From: Podarcis gaigeae
Lineage: Eukaryota
Assembly: GCA_964106915.2 (NCBI GenBank)
Contig: OZ066925.1
Reading direction: 5' to 3' (one strand)
DNA length: 64,000 nucleotides
Shown here piece after piece: positions 37,366 to 50,800 of the stretch (positions within the stretch are counted from its first letter, which is position 1; the number at the start of each line of letters is the position of its first letter). The translations under genes and the position numbers were made by a program. The notes beneath the pieces were generated by a model. The model did not search any database. It saw only the letters and a program-made list of their open reading frames with translations, and was not told the DNA's origin.

Positions 37366-40300
37366 TCAGAAGTGAACCCCCGCCTGGCAGGGAGACTGAG
37401 GAGCGCCACTGTGAAATATTCCTGTCTAGCGCCGCAGAAGCAACAGTAACAATATGAGCCCATCCTTGTTGACCCAGTAAGCAAGCATTGCATCGAAATC
37501 TTCCGTATCTGGTCTTAAACTAACATGTGAAGCAGAAATATCTGGTGTGTCTTGTAGGGACGAGGATAGCAAAAGGTCTCACAGAACGTGGATGCGAGAT
37601 ATCCTCAGATTAACATTAAATTCTAATGGTTAGTGTTCGGAATTGTTTCTTTTTTCCCCAAGGGGGAGTATAATAATAATCGCACACCCACTATAGATTC
37701 AAAAGTGCGCCACAAGCAAATTATCTCAAAATATCCTCATTCTCAACCCATAAAAGGCTAAAAAGGACTGTCAGACAAAACTGTGTAGCCTGTTCGTAAT
37801 TGTGGTAGACAACTAGCAGACAAGAGAGTGAGACCGGCAGACGGGGGCAGATAGATAGAATTTTTAATTGGGGGGGGGGGAGCGAAAGAATGGCTCCACT
37901 TCTCTCTCTGCCTCTCTGTCTCTCATGTTCTTGGCACGCGTTGTTTGGAAATAATAAAAACTTGAGAGAAATAACATCACTTATTGTCCATGGAGTCTTT
38001 TAGAATTATTATTTTTTAAGAAAAGAAAACAAATATTTGTTTAACTTTTTTTTTTTTTTGAGGTTACAAATCCCTGCGTTAAGTATCTCTTCTTCCAAAC
38101 CGCCCCAGCTGGTAGGATTTAAATGATCGCCTGTCTCTGCTCCCAAGCGAGTAGGAATATTCTTTTGAACAATTCAATATTGTGCTGTAAATCTTCTGCT
38201 CGGTTCCGTTTTGGCACCCACTCCCTCGTCCATAAAGCCCTCAAAAGCGCTAAGAATGCCAAGGGAATCGGGAGGCAAAGGCGCTGCCTTCTTTTCCTGA
38301 CCAAGCCTTCGGTGTAGTGAGTGCAGCAGAAAGGGTGGTTTCAGATATACCCTCTCTCTCTGGCACGGCTTACCCTTGGCTTTCATACAATGCAGGGCGA
38401 GTCCTGAAAAAAGCTCATATGCTCATATGCCACTCCGCACATTTCCCCCTTTCCACAGCACGGAGGGGTGGGTAGGGTAGGATCTATCTGCCAAGCCTCG
38501 CATGCCTAATAATGCCCTGGTTTTGCCTACAAAACTGGGGAAATTCCCTCCCTTCCTTTTGGGATTCCCCTCCGCTTAGCTTCTAAACCATTCAGAAGGC
38601 AGCAGGACACAGAACTCGAGTTTTCTCCTAGGCAAGTTAACGCGAAGGGGGCCTCCTGAGGTTTCTGGCTTGTCGGATGGGAAGCCTGGCAGAGATAGTT
38701 GCAAGTTTGCCGGGCCCGTAAAATCTTTATGGAAAGGCAAGACGTCCTTCTTAAGCCACTTCCACCACTGCCATACCTATCACCCTCACCTCTCATCTCC
38801 TCTCCCACCAGCCAAGAATTGCACCCTGGGTTTTTCACTTCTGCTGGCTTGCAACACAAGTTAAGCATGGAGGCAGAACAACCAGAGGCAGGGGGTCAGC
38901 AGCCTATAAGAAGAGCCGCCTTCCCCACACCCTGGAGTAATATTGTCCGTGTTTCCCCAACTCGACTTAACTTACACCGTGTTAATGTGTGAGGAACAAG
39001 TTCTTATCAGATTCCTAGGAGGGCAATATGACTTCTAGCAAAATTAATGCCATATAAGGAGCACTTTTATGGGCTAGCACATTGGAAACGTATTATCAAT
39101 GGGCTTAGAGTTGTAACAGCAGATCTCCGCGCAATGAAATGGGACCCGCGCGCACGGCCCACCTTCGCCTTTCCCAGGACTTGGTGGGGCTAAAATCAGG
39201 TAGATCAAAACTTCGAGGAGGGGGAATCTCGTCCCTCTGTGCGGTGTGTTGATCCCCGCCTTCACCCCTCATCTGCCAGATCCAAAAGAAATGAAGCGCA
39301 TGCCTTGAAAAATATTGCTACTTATGCAACAACAACAACAACAGCCGTCTACCTGGGGAAGGGTCCGTTGGCGAATAAAGGAAAGATACTACAAGTCTGT
39401 TTAAAAATAAGCCCCCCCCCCAGTTTAAATAAAAAGATTGCGAATCTATAGATCCCAATGGAAAGAATTCCCTTCCGCCATTCCTCTCTTTAAATAAGTG
39501 CTACAGTGAAGGTCGAGCCGATTCGTGAGTCTAGCGAAGGCGAAAAACCTGGAGATACGGGAATTCGCACCTCATAAGTGCACGGGCGACTGACCATTTC
39601 CCGTTTCAGAGAGGTCCAGGGGCATCCCGTGGGCCACTTTGGAGGTCAATTGGACCTTTGGTCGGATCCATCCCAGCAAGACTCGGTTTCTGCTCTTAAG
39701 ATTCAAGAGAAGACTCGAAGGGGAAACCGGCGGTCGAAACCAGAGGAGCGGGGCTAGGAAAATGGTTTGAAACCTCTTCTCTTTCAGGTTAGAACCGCTT
39801 GCAGCTGGACACACACACACACACACACCCTCTGCAATCAAGGGTACTGTTGGTTCCTTTTCACTCAAAGTATAAGGCAATAAGGAAGCGGCCCCTCGTA
39901 TCCAGGGCCCCCTTTTATGGTTGCGTTTGTGGGACCCAAAGCGTCTGGGCTTTGATGGTCAAGGCACCCAGGGCCGGATCCGAAGCCCGGGGAGGTCAAT
40001 GGTAAAGAGAAGGCTAGCATTTGACTCGGGGAAGCTTTTGGACCGCGCGAGAGGAGCTCGTGAACTCGGCTCTCGGCGCCTTTTTTCTTTAATCGCTAAC
40101 AAGGCCAAAAGCATCGTCAAAGCCAGTGAAGTAAAACTAATAATGTGCACTTGATTTTTAACTATAAAAGATAATGGTCAATTCTAGAGCAAACTAAACT
40201 ACTTTGGCGTGCATTGTGTGTAGCGGTAACATTTTAAACACTTAACAATGTGTCTCGGACATTAACCAGGACTTTATAGCATTTCTTGAGACTATTATGC

Positions 40301-42748
40301 AGGGCGCGCGGGGGGGGGGGGGAGAGAAGAGAAATGACTGCTTTTTCATTCTGCTCCTGCCAACAAACTCGTCTGGGAGATTGGGAAGTGGGTGGGTGGA
40401 GGGTTGGCGGGTTAAGCACCAGCAAACAACCAGCCAGCTCTACAACCAGGTTGCGCTGGAACATGTGGGTCGGCAAAGCCTAGAGTCTCCTTAGTTGAGT
40501 TATGGAATGGACCGAAGGCTCTCAGAAGCCACCCAAAGGGCTGGTAGTTTGAGGTGAGGGGTGGGGAGACGAGCTCTTGCACACTGCGGAGACACAGATA
40601 TCCTATTAATTTTTTTAACAACAACAACATTGGTCCAAGAGAAATATAATGGCTGCATTAGTACAGTCGTTGGGCTGTTTTATGATCTTGAACTGAAAAT
40701 TTAAAAAGACTGGAAGGGCTAAGGAAGACACAATAACTTAAGCCAAGTTAGATCGAAGGAGGGATTTCCTCCCCTACCACTTTCTGTCTCTCTTCCTTTA
40801 AAATCCCACTCGCTGAAGAGAATGATTTATCCACTACTTATTTCCAGGAGGAACTAAAAAGGTACAACATTGTTAAGAAAGGGATGCTATTTTGTATGCT
40901 AATTAAAACGGGCTTTATATTTCTGACATGGGTAAATTGAGGTTTTGCGGGAAAGGGGCTGGCGGTGGCGGGAGGGGGGTGCGCGGAGAGGAAGGAAAAA
41001 GTGTAAAAGCTATCATGGGAGTCGGAAGGCTGCCTGCCTTTAAATATATAGCCGCAGATTGCATTTTGTAAATCTCCACCCAAATTAATACAATCAGTGC
41101 GCACTTATTTAATATTAAAAGTGTCAGTTGTCAAGAATGTGACTGTGTGCCAAGGCAGTTTTCCCTCTGGAAAAATTTCCAAACAGGCGGCTTTCCATCA
41201 GGCGTTTTAAGAACTGCATCTCTGCGCCAAGAAAAGGTGTCAAACGACTACCGAAGTAATTTTTTATCTTCGCTTCGAAATTCTTTCAGGTTAAAAGGAG
41301 GGGGGAAGGGGGGAGAGGGCCTGAAGGGTAAAGAGTGAGCGACGATCGGGTTTGGGAGATTTATTTCCTTTAAAATTTGGACTTCGTTTGCACCTTAAGC
41401 CCATTTTTTTTCCTGGCAGCTGGGATTCTGGTCTGGCTGAAATCCTGTTCACTGGTTTGCTGGTGACTACCTTCCTTCTTCTCTCTGATAGGGATGGGAT
41501 TTATGTGCGGGCAACCGAGCGCAGGATCGCAGCCTGGCACCCCAGTGTTAAACGCGTCGGTCGGGAAGGAAGTCCTGCTGGTTTCAATAGGACATCCTTC
41601 CGCGCGAGAGTGGCTGGGACCACAGACGTATATGAATGCGTATTTACTTGGACGTAAATTCAGTTGAAGTCAAGGGCATCTCTCCCAAATCAACGTCTCC
41701 TAAGGAATGGGAGCGGAGCACAAGTCTTTTCAGGTCTCAGTGGGGCTCACATTCAAAATAAGGCCATTCCAAAGCCTAAGCTAGAGGATCCGGAGCATAA
41801 GAAAGTTATTAAATACTACAATCCTGCGCACACTTAACCTGAGACTTGAAGCCCTATTGAATTTAATGCGACTCACTTCAGGGTTAGCAAGCCTAGCTCC
41901 AGGCTAGCAGACACGTATCTAGCATTTTCCGTCGTAGACTCCCGTCTGGTTCTAGTAGCCCATTATGTTGTGCGAGTAGCAACAAAATTTGGAGAGAGTG
42001 CATTGATCTGACTCCAGCAAAGTTGGATTTCTCCCTTCGAATAATTTCGGCTAGGCAATAATATGTTGAAGTCAAAGCGAGGCGCATGTCTGAACCTATG
42101 CTTCTTCTTTTCTTTTCAACGTGAGTTTGGCACACTATTTCAAACTAGGAGGCAGCAGCTGTTCGCGGAGGGATATCTATTTGCATTTCTAAGTTACAAT
42201 TATAATATAAAATTATATTGAAGCTCGGCCATGGTTCGTTCTCAGAGGCATTTCTTTGCACAGATTTGGGGTGGGATGGGGAATACTAGATATCCGAAGG
42301 AGACGTCGAAGTGGAAGACGCCTCTTTAAAGACCTTAGGCGTGCTTGTGTGCGAAAAAGCAATCGCAGCATATTATGAACGCAGAGTCATTTTCACCCTC
42401 TTCCCCCAAGCACACTATCCCAGCTTATTAGAAATCGAAGCGGGTGGGGAAGAGTGAATATAAGGAATCAGCTACAAGGAAAGTTGCTTTCTGACCCAGA
42501 TCTACAGCAAACTTAATTTTACCACTAGAGGATATCTGGAGACTAACCATTGTGGAAACCTGTTTATTGTTTATATTTTTGGATGAAATGAAAGAAAGAG
42601 AAGCAACCAAAACAAAAAAAAGTATGCTTCTGAATACACGTATTTATTCATTTTTGCTGGTTTCTTTTTCTTTCTTCTTCTTGTTAAAATGAAGGGGAAA
42701 ACCTCTCATTTGAGTTTGTTATGCTTAAATTTTTTATCATTTTATGTA

Positions 42749-43085
42749 GACACCATGCTACTACTACAGAAGCACGCGGTAACTGGTGACGTGATCTGCT
42801 AATGAGACCTAAGAAATTGATTAAATAAAAGCAAGAAAGTTGTTGGGCTGAACGTTTCCCTCCTGTTAATCGCTTGCCTTTGTTTCCATAAGCACTGGAG
42901 GAAAGTTCCCTCGGAAAAGAGGACACCATGCTCCTACCACAGAAGAAGGAGCTGACTGGTGAAACGATTTGCTAATGAGACCTAAGAAATTGATTAAATA
43001 AATGCAAGAAAGTTGCTTGGCGGAACGTTTCCCTCCTATGAATCGGTTGCCTTTGTTTCCATAAACACTGAAGGAAAGTTCCCTC
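42749..43085. repeat. Diverged tandem duplication, 2 x ~164 bp, period 173 bp
   Basis: Units 42749-42912 and 42922-43085 both run GACACCATGCT...GGAAAGTTCCCTC. Confidence 0.95.
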
Positions 43086-44553
43086 CGTCTTCCCGCCTCG
43101 CCTCCTCCACCCCAACTTAATAACCGAGTAAAGCTTTAACACTGGACTTCAGAAATCATAGTTCAGTAGGGCGGTGCGTAGTCAAGAGAAGAGACTTTCT
43201 AACATAACACATGACTCGGACCAAAATATGCAAGCCGAAGAAGTTAATACCACAGGCAGACTGCTAGAATAAAGTTGGGCCTGTCTGAGTGGGGTAAAGT
43301 GCGGGGGGGGGGGATCGCGTCGCGAGCTTCTGTAATCTGAAATTTATCCCAAGGTCAGCTCGTCGACTGCTTAAGAAATCAGGACTGCTCCTCCTAATCT
43401 ATCCTGGGTGCTACACTGGTAACTCTCACGGTTAGCATCTGATCCCAGGCGCTTTACGCGAAAGGAAGCTCAAGAATATCCCCTGTGGATGTTGTATAAT
43501 AGGCAGCAATCTAGAGAAATCTAGGTATCCCTCAATCCTATTTAAGTAATTGGCCCGCTCAGAATAATCATAACACGAGATCCCTGCAAATTCGCTGCAG
43601 CAAGTATGCTGATGACCGTAGCTCCAAGTGTCCAGTTAAGTAAATTTCCTGTTATTGTATACAAGGGTTAGGCCTTCCAGATTATGGCTCCGCTCTCAGA
43701 ATATCTCTACAGCAAGTACACTGCAGATCAATAGAGACAGGATCAACAGAGATATTTTAAATTCAACCTCCACCCAGGAATTGGCTTTACATGAGATCGC
43801 TCCGAGGTGGGGGTGTTAAGCGAAAGGAGCTTTTACTCTACATCCAGCTCTATCGATTTCCAGCTCCTTCTGCTTAGAGTGGAGGAGAGTGACGCTGCCT
43901 CGGAAGAAAAAGGCATTTAATAAATATCGCTGTAAACCAACCATAGGCGGGCGAACTCGGCCAAACTGGAATGAGCAAACCACAGCTCAAGTCCAATAGC
44001 TGCCATTTTCAGTCTACGCCGCTATAGATCTAGTTGATAGAAGACACCTAGCGTCCTCCAGACAAACGTGGACATCCATAATCCTGTATTCCCAGGGATG
44101 TAGCTTTTATAAGAAAGCCGCCGTCTTGGCCTACCTACGCTTGTTTCACCACCGCGTGAACTGCTTGGCAGACCTTCAACCTGAAAACCTTTTCTCCACT
44201 CCTTTCGAGGAGTTGCTCTCTAAACTTAGCAAGCCTTCAAACAAGACTTTCCACAGCCAACCTTTTAATGACTGGCTTTCCGAAAAGACACCACACCCCT
44301 GGAGTTCCACTTCCAAAAAGAAATAAAAATAAACGTGAAAGGATTTAATCGAGAGCAAGTAGACCTAGAGGTCACCCCAGCTGCACCTTGATAAGAGCTG
44401 CTTCCTCTTTAATCAACCAAACTTAGCCTCAAAGGAAATACTCACCCTCTGGAAGCCCGGAGTAGTCAGCCTCGAGAGTGTGTGTGAGAGAGCAGCTCCT
44501 GGCTCAACCCTTGTGCTTCTCCGTGAAGGAGTGAGCAATCGGCTTCACCTTAC

Positions 44554-44880
44554 CTTTGCAAATCTGAGCGTGGAAAGTGAAATAATATAATGTGCAGCTC
44601 CTAGAACGCAAGGGGAACAAAGGCCAAGATTTCAACCCCCCCTTCCTCTCCCCCTCTTCTCCCACTGCGGCTTTGACATTGATCTGAAGAACGCCATCTT
44701 GTGGCAACAGCGTTGCTCCGCAGAGCTGACCTGCCAGCCGGTTTCCAAATGCCCCGCGTTAAACGAACGGATGCTAGCGCAGACAATTGCCCTCCGCGGA
44801 TCTACCCTCCGCAGCTCAGAGATGGCTGAAACAAACCTCCGCCTCGTTTATAGCCCAGCTTTCCCAGTATGCAAATAGAA
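44554..44880 (-). other. HOXA10: Putative distal alternative first exon of HoxA10
   Basis: TATAAAA at 44903-44909; strong donor AAAG|GTAAG at 44554/44553; last codons ATT TGC AAA G join exon 2 in frame (ICK-GNSKG), compared with MCQ-GNSKG of the short human isoform. Confidence 0.6.
44691..44704 (-). promoter_or_regulatory. Putative CTCF site between HoxA10 and HoxA11 (C10|11-like)
   Basis: Minus strand CCACAAGATGGCGT with an upstream CTGCGG module. Confidence 0.65.
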
Positions 44881-46096
44881 AGGGGGGGGGAGTCGAGGGC
44901 ACTTTTATAGCTGCATTGTCCCGGCAACACATATGGGATGTCCCCCCACCTTTTTTTAACTGGGCCAGGAAATCACCAGCAGCCTCTCCACAAAACTGGA
45001 GAAACTCCATGAGTCAACCTAGAGATGAATAACCAGTTAATTTTTAACTAGCAAAGGAAGTTGCTGCCTGAACATTTATTGCCACCCGCCTATTCCTCTC
45101 CCTGCCTTCTCCCTCTCTTTCTCTTCTCTCCATCTATCTTTCTATCTCTCCCTTTTAAGAGTTGCATTCCTTTGTAGCATGCTAGCCAAATAAACAAACA
45201 AGCAAGTGAGCTCCATTCTCTCTCTCCTCTCTCCCCCTGCGCTTCATCTTTGTACATTTCCTTTGACCAGACGCTGTCTGGCTTAGGTGGGGGTTGTCAG
45301 CAAAAGCCCAGAGCCAGTTAGCCCTTCACCTCAAGGTTATGGGTGATGTCCAAAGCAATACAGAAGTTCAAAGCCAATAAACAATAGGAGAAAACAGTAT
45401 GTACTTTCTCTCCTGATTAAGTGTAAGAGAGGAAAATCAACCTCATGCCACATCCTCAAAAAGGTCTTCGGTGGGTTGTTTTTTAATTTTTAATTTCCAC
45501 CCCCGCTCCAGAGATTAAGAACGAAAACCACACACAGCCCATCTGGGCCTCACTCGCACGAGGAATGCCTCCCCATTCTCTTTCCCTAGGAGTCACCACA
45601 GAGGAACCAACACGTTTCAACCAATATGCTTCATTCTGCCTCGCTATCATTGCAGTTTTGGGGATCAGATCCTGCCACAAACATTTCTTAGCACTTAAAG
45701 GAGTGTGTTCAGAAATATGGCGCCCGAGATAAACAAGAGCGGACCAGCCCAGAAAAAACCACCAGCTTTTCTAATAGGTTTTACACCTGTGAGCAAATGT
45801 ATAAAGCCTGTAATCTGCAGTTACTTGAAGGAGTGATCCTCCACCCCCTCCCACTTCTACAAACCGGTGAAACCTGGCCTCAAGCTCGCTGCAGTCTGCC
45901 TACGCATTCATAAATACCAGACATGTTGCCTTGCCTTCTCCTGAAGGACCAGAAGCAATAGGTGAATGGAATTTCCATGATAGCATCCCATTCAGGAGCC
46001 ATGATTCAAACTCTCAGAGCCCAGATCAAGGAATATCCATGAATACAACACAAGGATTAAAAAAAATTATTATTATTATTATAAATTTCCCACATG

Positions 46097-46102
46097 TTTA
46101 TT
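46097..46102 (-). terminator. Probable HoxA11 polyadenylation signal AATAAA
   Basis: AATAAA ~1.8 kb after the stop, at the end of an AU-rich block. Confidence 0.5.
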
Positions 46103-47912
46103 TTCGTTGTGCGCCGTACCACTGTATACATGCCACGAAAGACCTTCGCATAGTAAAAGAAACCGTATTTACATATATGACGATACATATCTTCAAACAG
46201 TGTTGGAATATAAAGGTATTGCGTTTTGTGAACCGTGTAAAAGAAATCGTGTCCCTTTTCGAAGCTGGTGGTTTTTACAACATTCTAGTCGCCTTGTCTT
46301 TCTTGCACAGATATTTTTTTTTTTAAAAAAAGGACAAACTCGACATTTTCCAAGGAAAAGGACCGTTAAAAAAACATATACCAACCAAAACGGATCATTT
46401 AAAAATGTACAAGTCTTGTAAAACACCATTCTCGTATGAAATATACATTCAGATATTCTCGACAGCAAGCGACTTTTACAATAAAACACAATATCCTTTG
46501 TAAACTGATATAGACTTTTAAATAGTTCTTTCTTTTAAAATTCGTTGTTCTCTCTCTCTCTCTATTTCTCACTCTCGCTTTGGTTCCTGCAGGGAAATAT
46601 ACTTCTTTTATATATATTTAAAATAACTCCAGGGAACTCTCCGTTCTTTGATTCTGCCGCCTGAGCGATTAAGTAGGGCTTTCGACACTTAATAGTGAAC
46701 AAAAAGATCTGAAAACCAATCCACCATATTTACATTGTTTGCCTTCTGCTTGGGCTTCTAAGGGAAAGAAAACGCTAGTTATTTTAATGATCTGATTCAG
46801 TGCATTGCACACATCCAGGGTCCAATTAAGTGTTGTGTGGTATTTGCCAAACTGTCCTTCTCCACAGGTATTTCCTGAAGAAAGTTTGTGAGACAGAAGC
46901 CAGAAGCTTCCTTTTACGGTTTCCCCCTTTGGAGCTATTAGATTAGTCTTTCTTTCTCCCTCTCTTTCCACCCCACCGTGCACTTTTTTTATTTGTTTGG
47001 TTTTTAATTTTTTTAAGCATTTAAATAAGAACATAATGATTTGTCTCCAAAGGGATGGCCACTTTTCGACAGTTGTTGTTCATTTTTTTGTTGGGGGTTT
47101 TATAAACGAGAGCTAATGCACGTGGCTATGTATTTGACTCTTCAGTGATTGTTTCCTTACCATATATGGCGAATTAATACCTGAAATGTTTTCAAAAGGA
47201 GGACTGTCAAACCTTCCACGCCATAACTCCCTATCAACAGCACGCTTAGACTCAACACTACTACACCTCTACAAACATTTATGATTGGCCTTGCAACTGC
47301 TTAAATTTTTTGAACTTGGTCAACACTAGGGTAACCGCTCTTGCGGAAGAAGGTTTATCATTTTAAGGGTCGAGGAGGGGAAGGTGATGGGACGGCGGCT
47401 GTGCATTTAGAGGTTGCGGGGTCTCCTGGAGGTTTTCTTTTGCAGTAGTCCATCAGGCGCAGCCCTGGGTAGCCTTTCAAGCAATGTTCCACAGTAAAAC
47501 CAAAGTATCATAGTTTTAGACCGACACGAATCCAATAACTCACTCCCCGCTTTTTCACGTGTGAACTCGCGTTGGGATGAGTTGCAGTGTCTATAGGTAA
47601 GAGGTATAAAATTGCCCTCGGAGCAAAATATGGGGGTGGCGTGTTTGGAAATGCGGGTCCAGGGTGTAAACCGTTTCCAATTGATATGTCAAGAGCTTTA
47701 AGAAGAACTTTTTTTAGGGGGGTGGGAAAAGTAGCGGGAAACCCCAGTTGGTTTACATTTTTATGGGGAAGAAAAAAAATATTAGTGTGGTGTTTTTTTC
47801 CCAACGTCCTCCGTCACTTTGCACACCTCCTTCTCATAGGTAACCCTGTGGCTTGACCTTGTCATGGGCGAGATCTGAATTTAATCTCATCTTGAAAAAC
47901 GCTACCAGTTTT

Positions 47913-48145
47913 TTAAAGTAGTGGATTAGCTGAGTAATATTGTAATCGGTCCCTGTTAATTTTTTTCTCTTTCATTCTTCTGTTTTGAAACCATATTTTT
48001 ACTTGACGGTCGGTCAAGTTGAGCATTCGGGAGAGCTGGAGGCGTTTCTCTTTGTTTATATAGACACTGAAGAAGAATTCCCTCTCTAATTCTCTAATCT
48101 GATATTTGGTGTAGGGGCATCTCTTTTTACGGGTGCGTTGTCCAC
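47913..48145 (-). CDS. HOXA11: Hox-A11 exon 2 (homeodomain)
   Basis: Acceptor ccacag|GT; [77 protein letters not shown]. Confidence 0.98.
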
Positions 48146-49659
48146 CTGTGGAATGACAAAAATAAAAGGCAGAAGCCATTAAGTCTGGGATCAGATAGGG
48201 CTGGGGGATGACTGCAATTCATATTTAATAAAGGGACATTCTTGGGTTGAACCATTGAGAAAAGGCCTGGTTTATTAGCTACATAAAGTTGACGCTCCGT
48301 TCCTTTCTGCATTAGCCTGACCTTTATTTGAGGAACATATTTGCATGTAACATTCCAAAATCCCAACATCTTCACTTCGAAGCATCACTTCAAGCAGTAC
48401 ACCTGAGGCGCTATGCTATGAAATTAAAGCCCACAGTGTCCAAACTACTGACTCCCTAGTCAGCAGAATCTGCAGTGCACAAGATCTAGATGGACATCGC
48501 ACAAGCAGTCCCGGAATAATACAATGCTTGGCGCGGGAAGGTTAAGGAGGCTCATGGCAGACTCTCTGTAACCTAACCCAGCTGTGACACTGTTCTTGCA
48601 ACCCAGTTTTGCAACTCAGTTTTAAGAGAGGACATAGAGAGCTCCACCGCTTGTTTCACCCCTGAGGGACATTATGACACCAGGATCTGAGAAGCCAAAT
48701 GGGCTCCTGTACATTGACCGAGGTTTTTTCCCCCTAATCTTAAACTTGGTTTTGCTTTTGTGTGCAGCTTCCTATTGTTTAAAAATAACAAAACAGTACC
48801 CCAGCGCCTAGGACAACCACTAGTTCATTACATCTTATCACTCGCATCTGGGGTGTGTGTGTTTTAAAATTAACCCCTCTGCTATATTCTCTCAAGTCCT
48901 TTCGCTCCTTCATAGCCACACTGGGGTTAATGTTCATGGCCCCCCTCCTTTAAAGTTTAAAGGCTTTTTACATTAAATATTGGTCCTATATTTCCTTGCA
49001 AACACACATACACACAACACGTCCCCGTTTGCTGTTACAGCTCATTATAAGGCTATTTTCCTAGGCTTTTGAAGGTGAGGGGGTGATGAGCAAGAAAAAT
49101 CTACATTAAAAAAATAAAACCAGGCAGTGACAGGTTGAATAGCAATTGTAAGTAGCAAACTGTTGGGCAGAAGGCAACACATACTTGCCACAGTGTCTTA
49201 GGAAAATGGCTTCCTTTAGACAAAAAAAGGCCAGCTTTAGGTTAATCTGTTGCTTTAACTATATTGCTACAGTGCAGGCAGCTAGTTTTTCTGCTAAACG
49301 CTATTCCCGGGCAATCGTTAAAAAACTGGGATGGCTTTGAATCCAAGTTTCTAACTAGGCTTCTGGGGAAACACATGGCTTTTATAAAAAAAATCCAAAA
49401 AAAGAGAGAGAAAAATAATCACAGGATTACATGGATATCAAAGGACTCAGAAATCCCCTTTTGGGTACATTTACAGGCGCAAAACGTGCGTTATTATATT
49501 TTCAAGAGTTTGACCACAGAGCCTTTCTCTCCCCAACATCCTCTCTCTCTCTCTCTTTATTCTTTTTTTATGATTTAAGGGGGGGGGCTTTTTCTTTTTT
49601 CCCTTTTTTTGTTTTAAAAAGGCATCCATTGGCCGGTGGGTATTTCACGGCCAATTTCA

Positions 49660-49810
49660 GTCCCCGCCACGTGATCTCTCCTTTTATAACAAAGTTTTGT
49701 TGGGGGAAATCTACAGGCCCTTCCATAAACCTTATATGCTTATAAAACAGCATATAAAAATTTAACAGCGGCGGTGCGCTAAGATTTCCAAGTCCGCTTC
49801 ATAAAAGCGC
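49660..49810. promoter_or_regulatory. HoxA11 intronic cluster of AbdB/Cdx-type sites
   Basis: TTTTATAAC, CCATAAA, TTATAAAA, CATATAAAA, TCATAAAA plus CACGTG within 150 bp. Confidence 0.65.
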
Positions 49811-49833
49811 CAGGGCGCTGCCTTTATACGTAC

Positions 49834-50611
49834 TGGAGCTGCTGGATTTCTCCTCATTGTTGCCGGAAGACGAAGCCGGACTGCTGCTGCTCTCCGTCCG
49901 CCGCCGCCGCTCCTTCTCCTCCGCAGCCGAGGCCGCGGCGCTCGCTGCAGCCGCCGCCGCCGCCGCTGATGCCGCGTCCCTGGCGCAGCTCCCGTCCGAA
50001 CTTGACGTTGCGCCGACGGCAGCGGCGGCGGCCGGCCCGGGAGCGGCTCCCCCTCCCGGGGGCATCTTCTCCCCGTTCTTCTCGCCTGCATAGTCCGAGT
50101 GGCTGTCGGCCGTGCCATAAGCCGTCTCGAAGAACTGGTCGAAAGCCTGCGGGAGCACCCCGTTCCTGCCCACGGTGCTATAGAAATTGGACGAGACGCT
50201 GGCGGCGGCGGCGGTGGCTGTCGTAGCCGGGTGGTGGCCGTGATAGACGGCGGCGGTGTTTTTCCCGAACATCTCGCTCATGCTGGCGGCGGCGGCAGCG
50301 GCGGCGGCCGTGTTGGCGGCGGCGGGCAGGCAGTCTCTGTGCATGATCTCCTCGGCCGAGTAGCAATGCGGGAGGTTGTTCCTGTGGTGCCATTTACTAG
50401 CCGGATCAATGGCATACTCGCGGAAGGTGACTTCCCGCACGGGTTGGACCTGGGGTAGGTTGGAGGAGTAGGAGTATGTCATGGGGCGAGAAGACGGGGT
50501 CTGGGGCAGGAAAGAAGGGAGGCTGGAGAAATCAGGACCCGACACGTAGTACGTGCAACTTGGCAAATACATATTAGACGAGCAAGGGACACGCTCATCA
50601 AAATCCATCAT
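49834..50611 (-). CDS. HOXA11: Hox-A11 exon 1; spliced protein 336 aa (in-frame ATG also at 50635)
   Basis: [28 protein letters not shown]...[20 protein letters not shown]...; donor A|GTACGT; 778+233 nt = 337 codons. Confidence 0.97.
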
Positions 50612-50699
50612 TAGGCTACCTCGGGCTCTCCGCATTAGCCGAGCTTAACATGATTCTCTAATGCAGCTGCCTCTTTGAAGCAGATCCGTGAAGTAAGAA

Positions 50700-50800
50700 A
50701 TTTGGAGACGTAAAGCTGACGTGGAAATCTATCCCCATCCTTAGCAGGGAGGCGCTGGTCACGTGACCAAATGTTGAAATTGACAAGCTGCGAGTATGGG
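50700..50800 (-). promoter_or_regulatory. HoxA11 proximal promoter
   Basis: Perfect palindrome GGTCACGTGACC (50757-50768) and CRE-like TGACGT. Confidence 0.6.
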
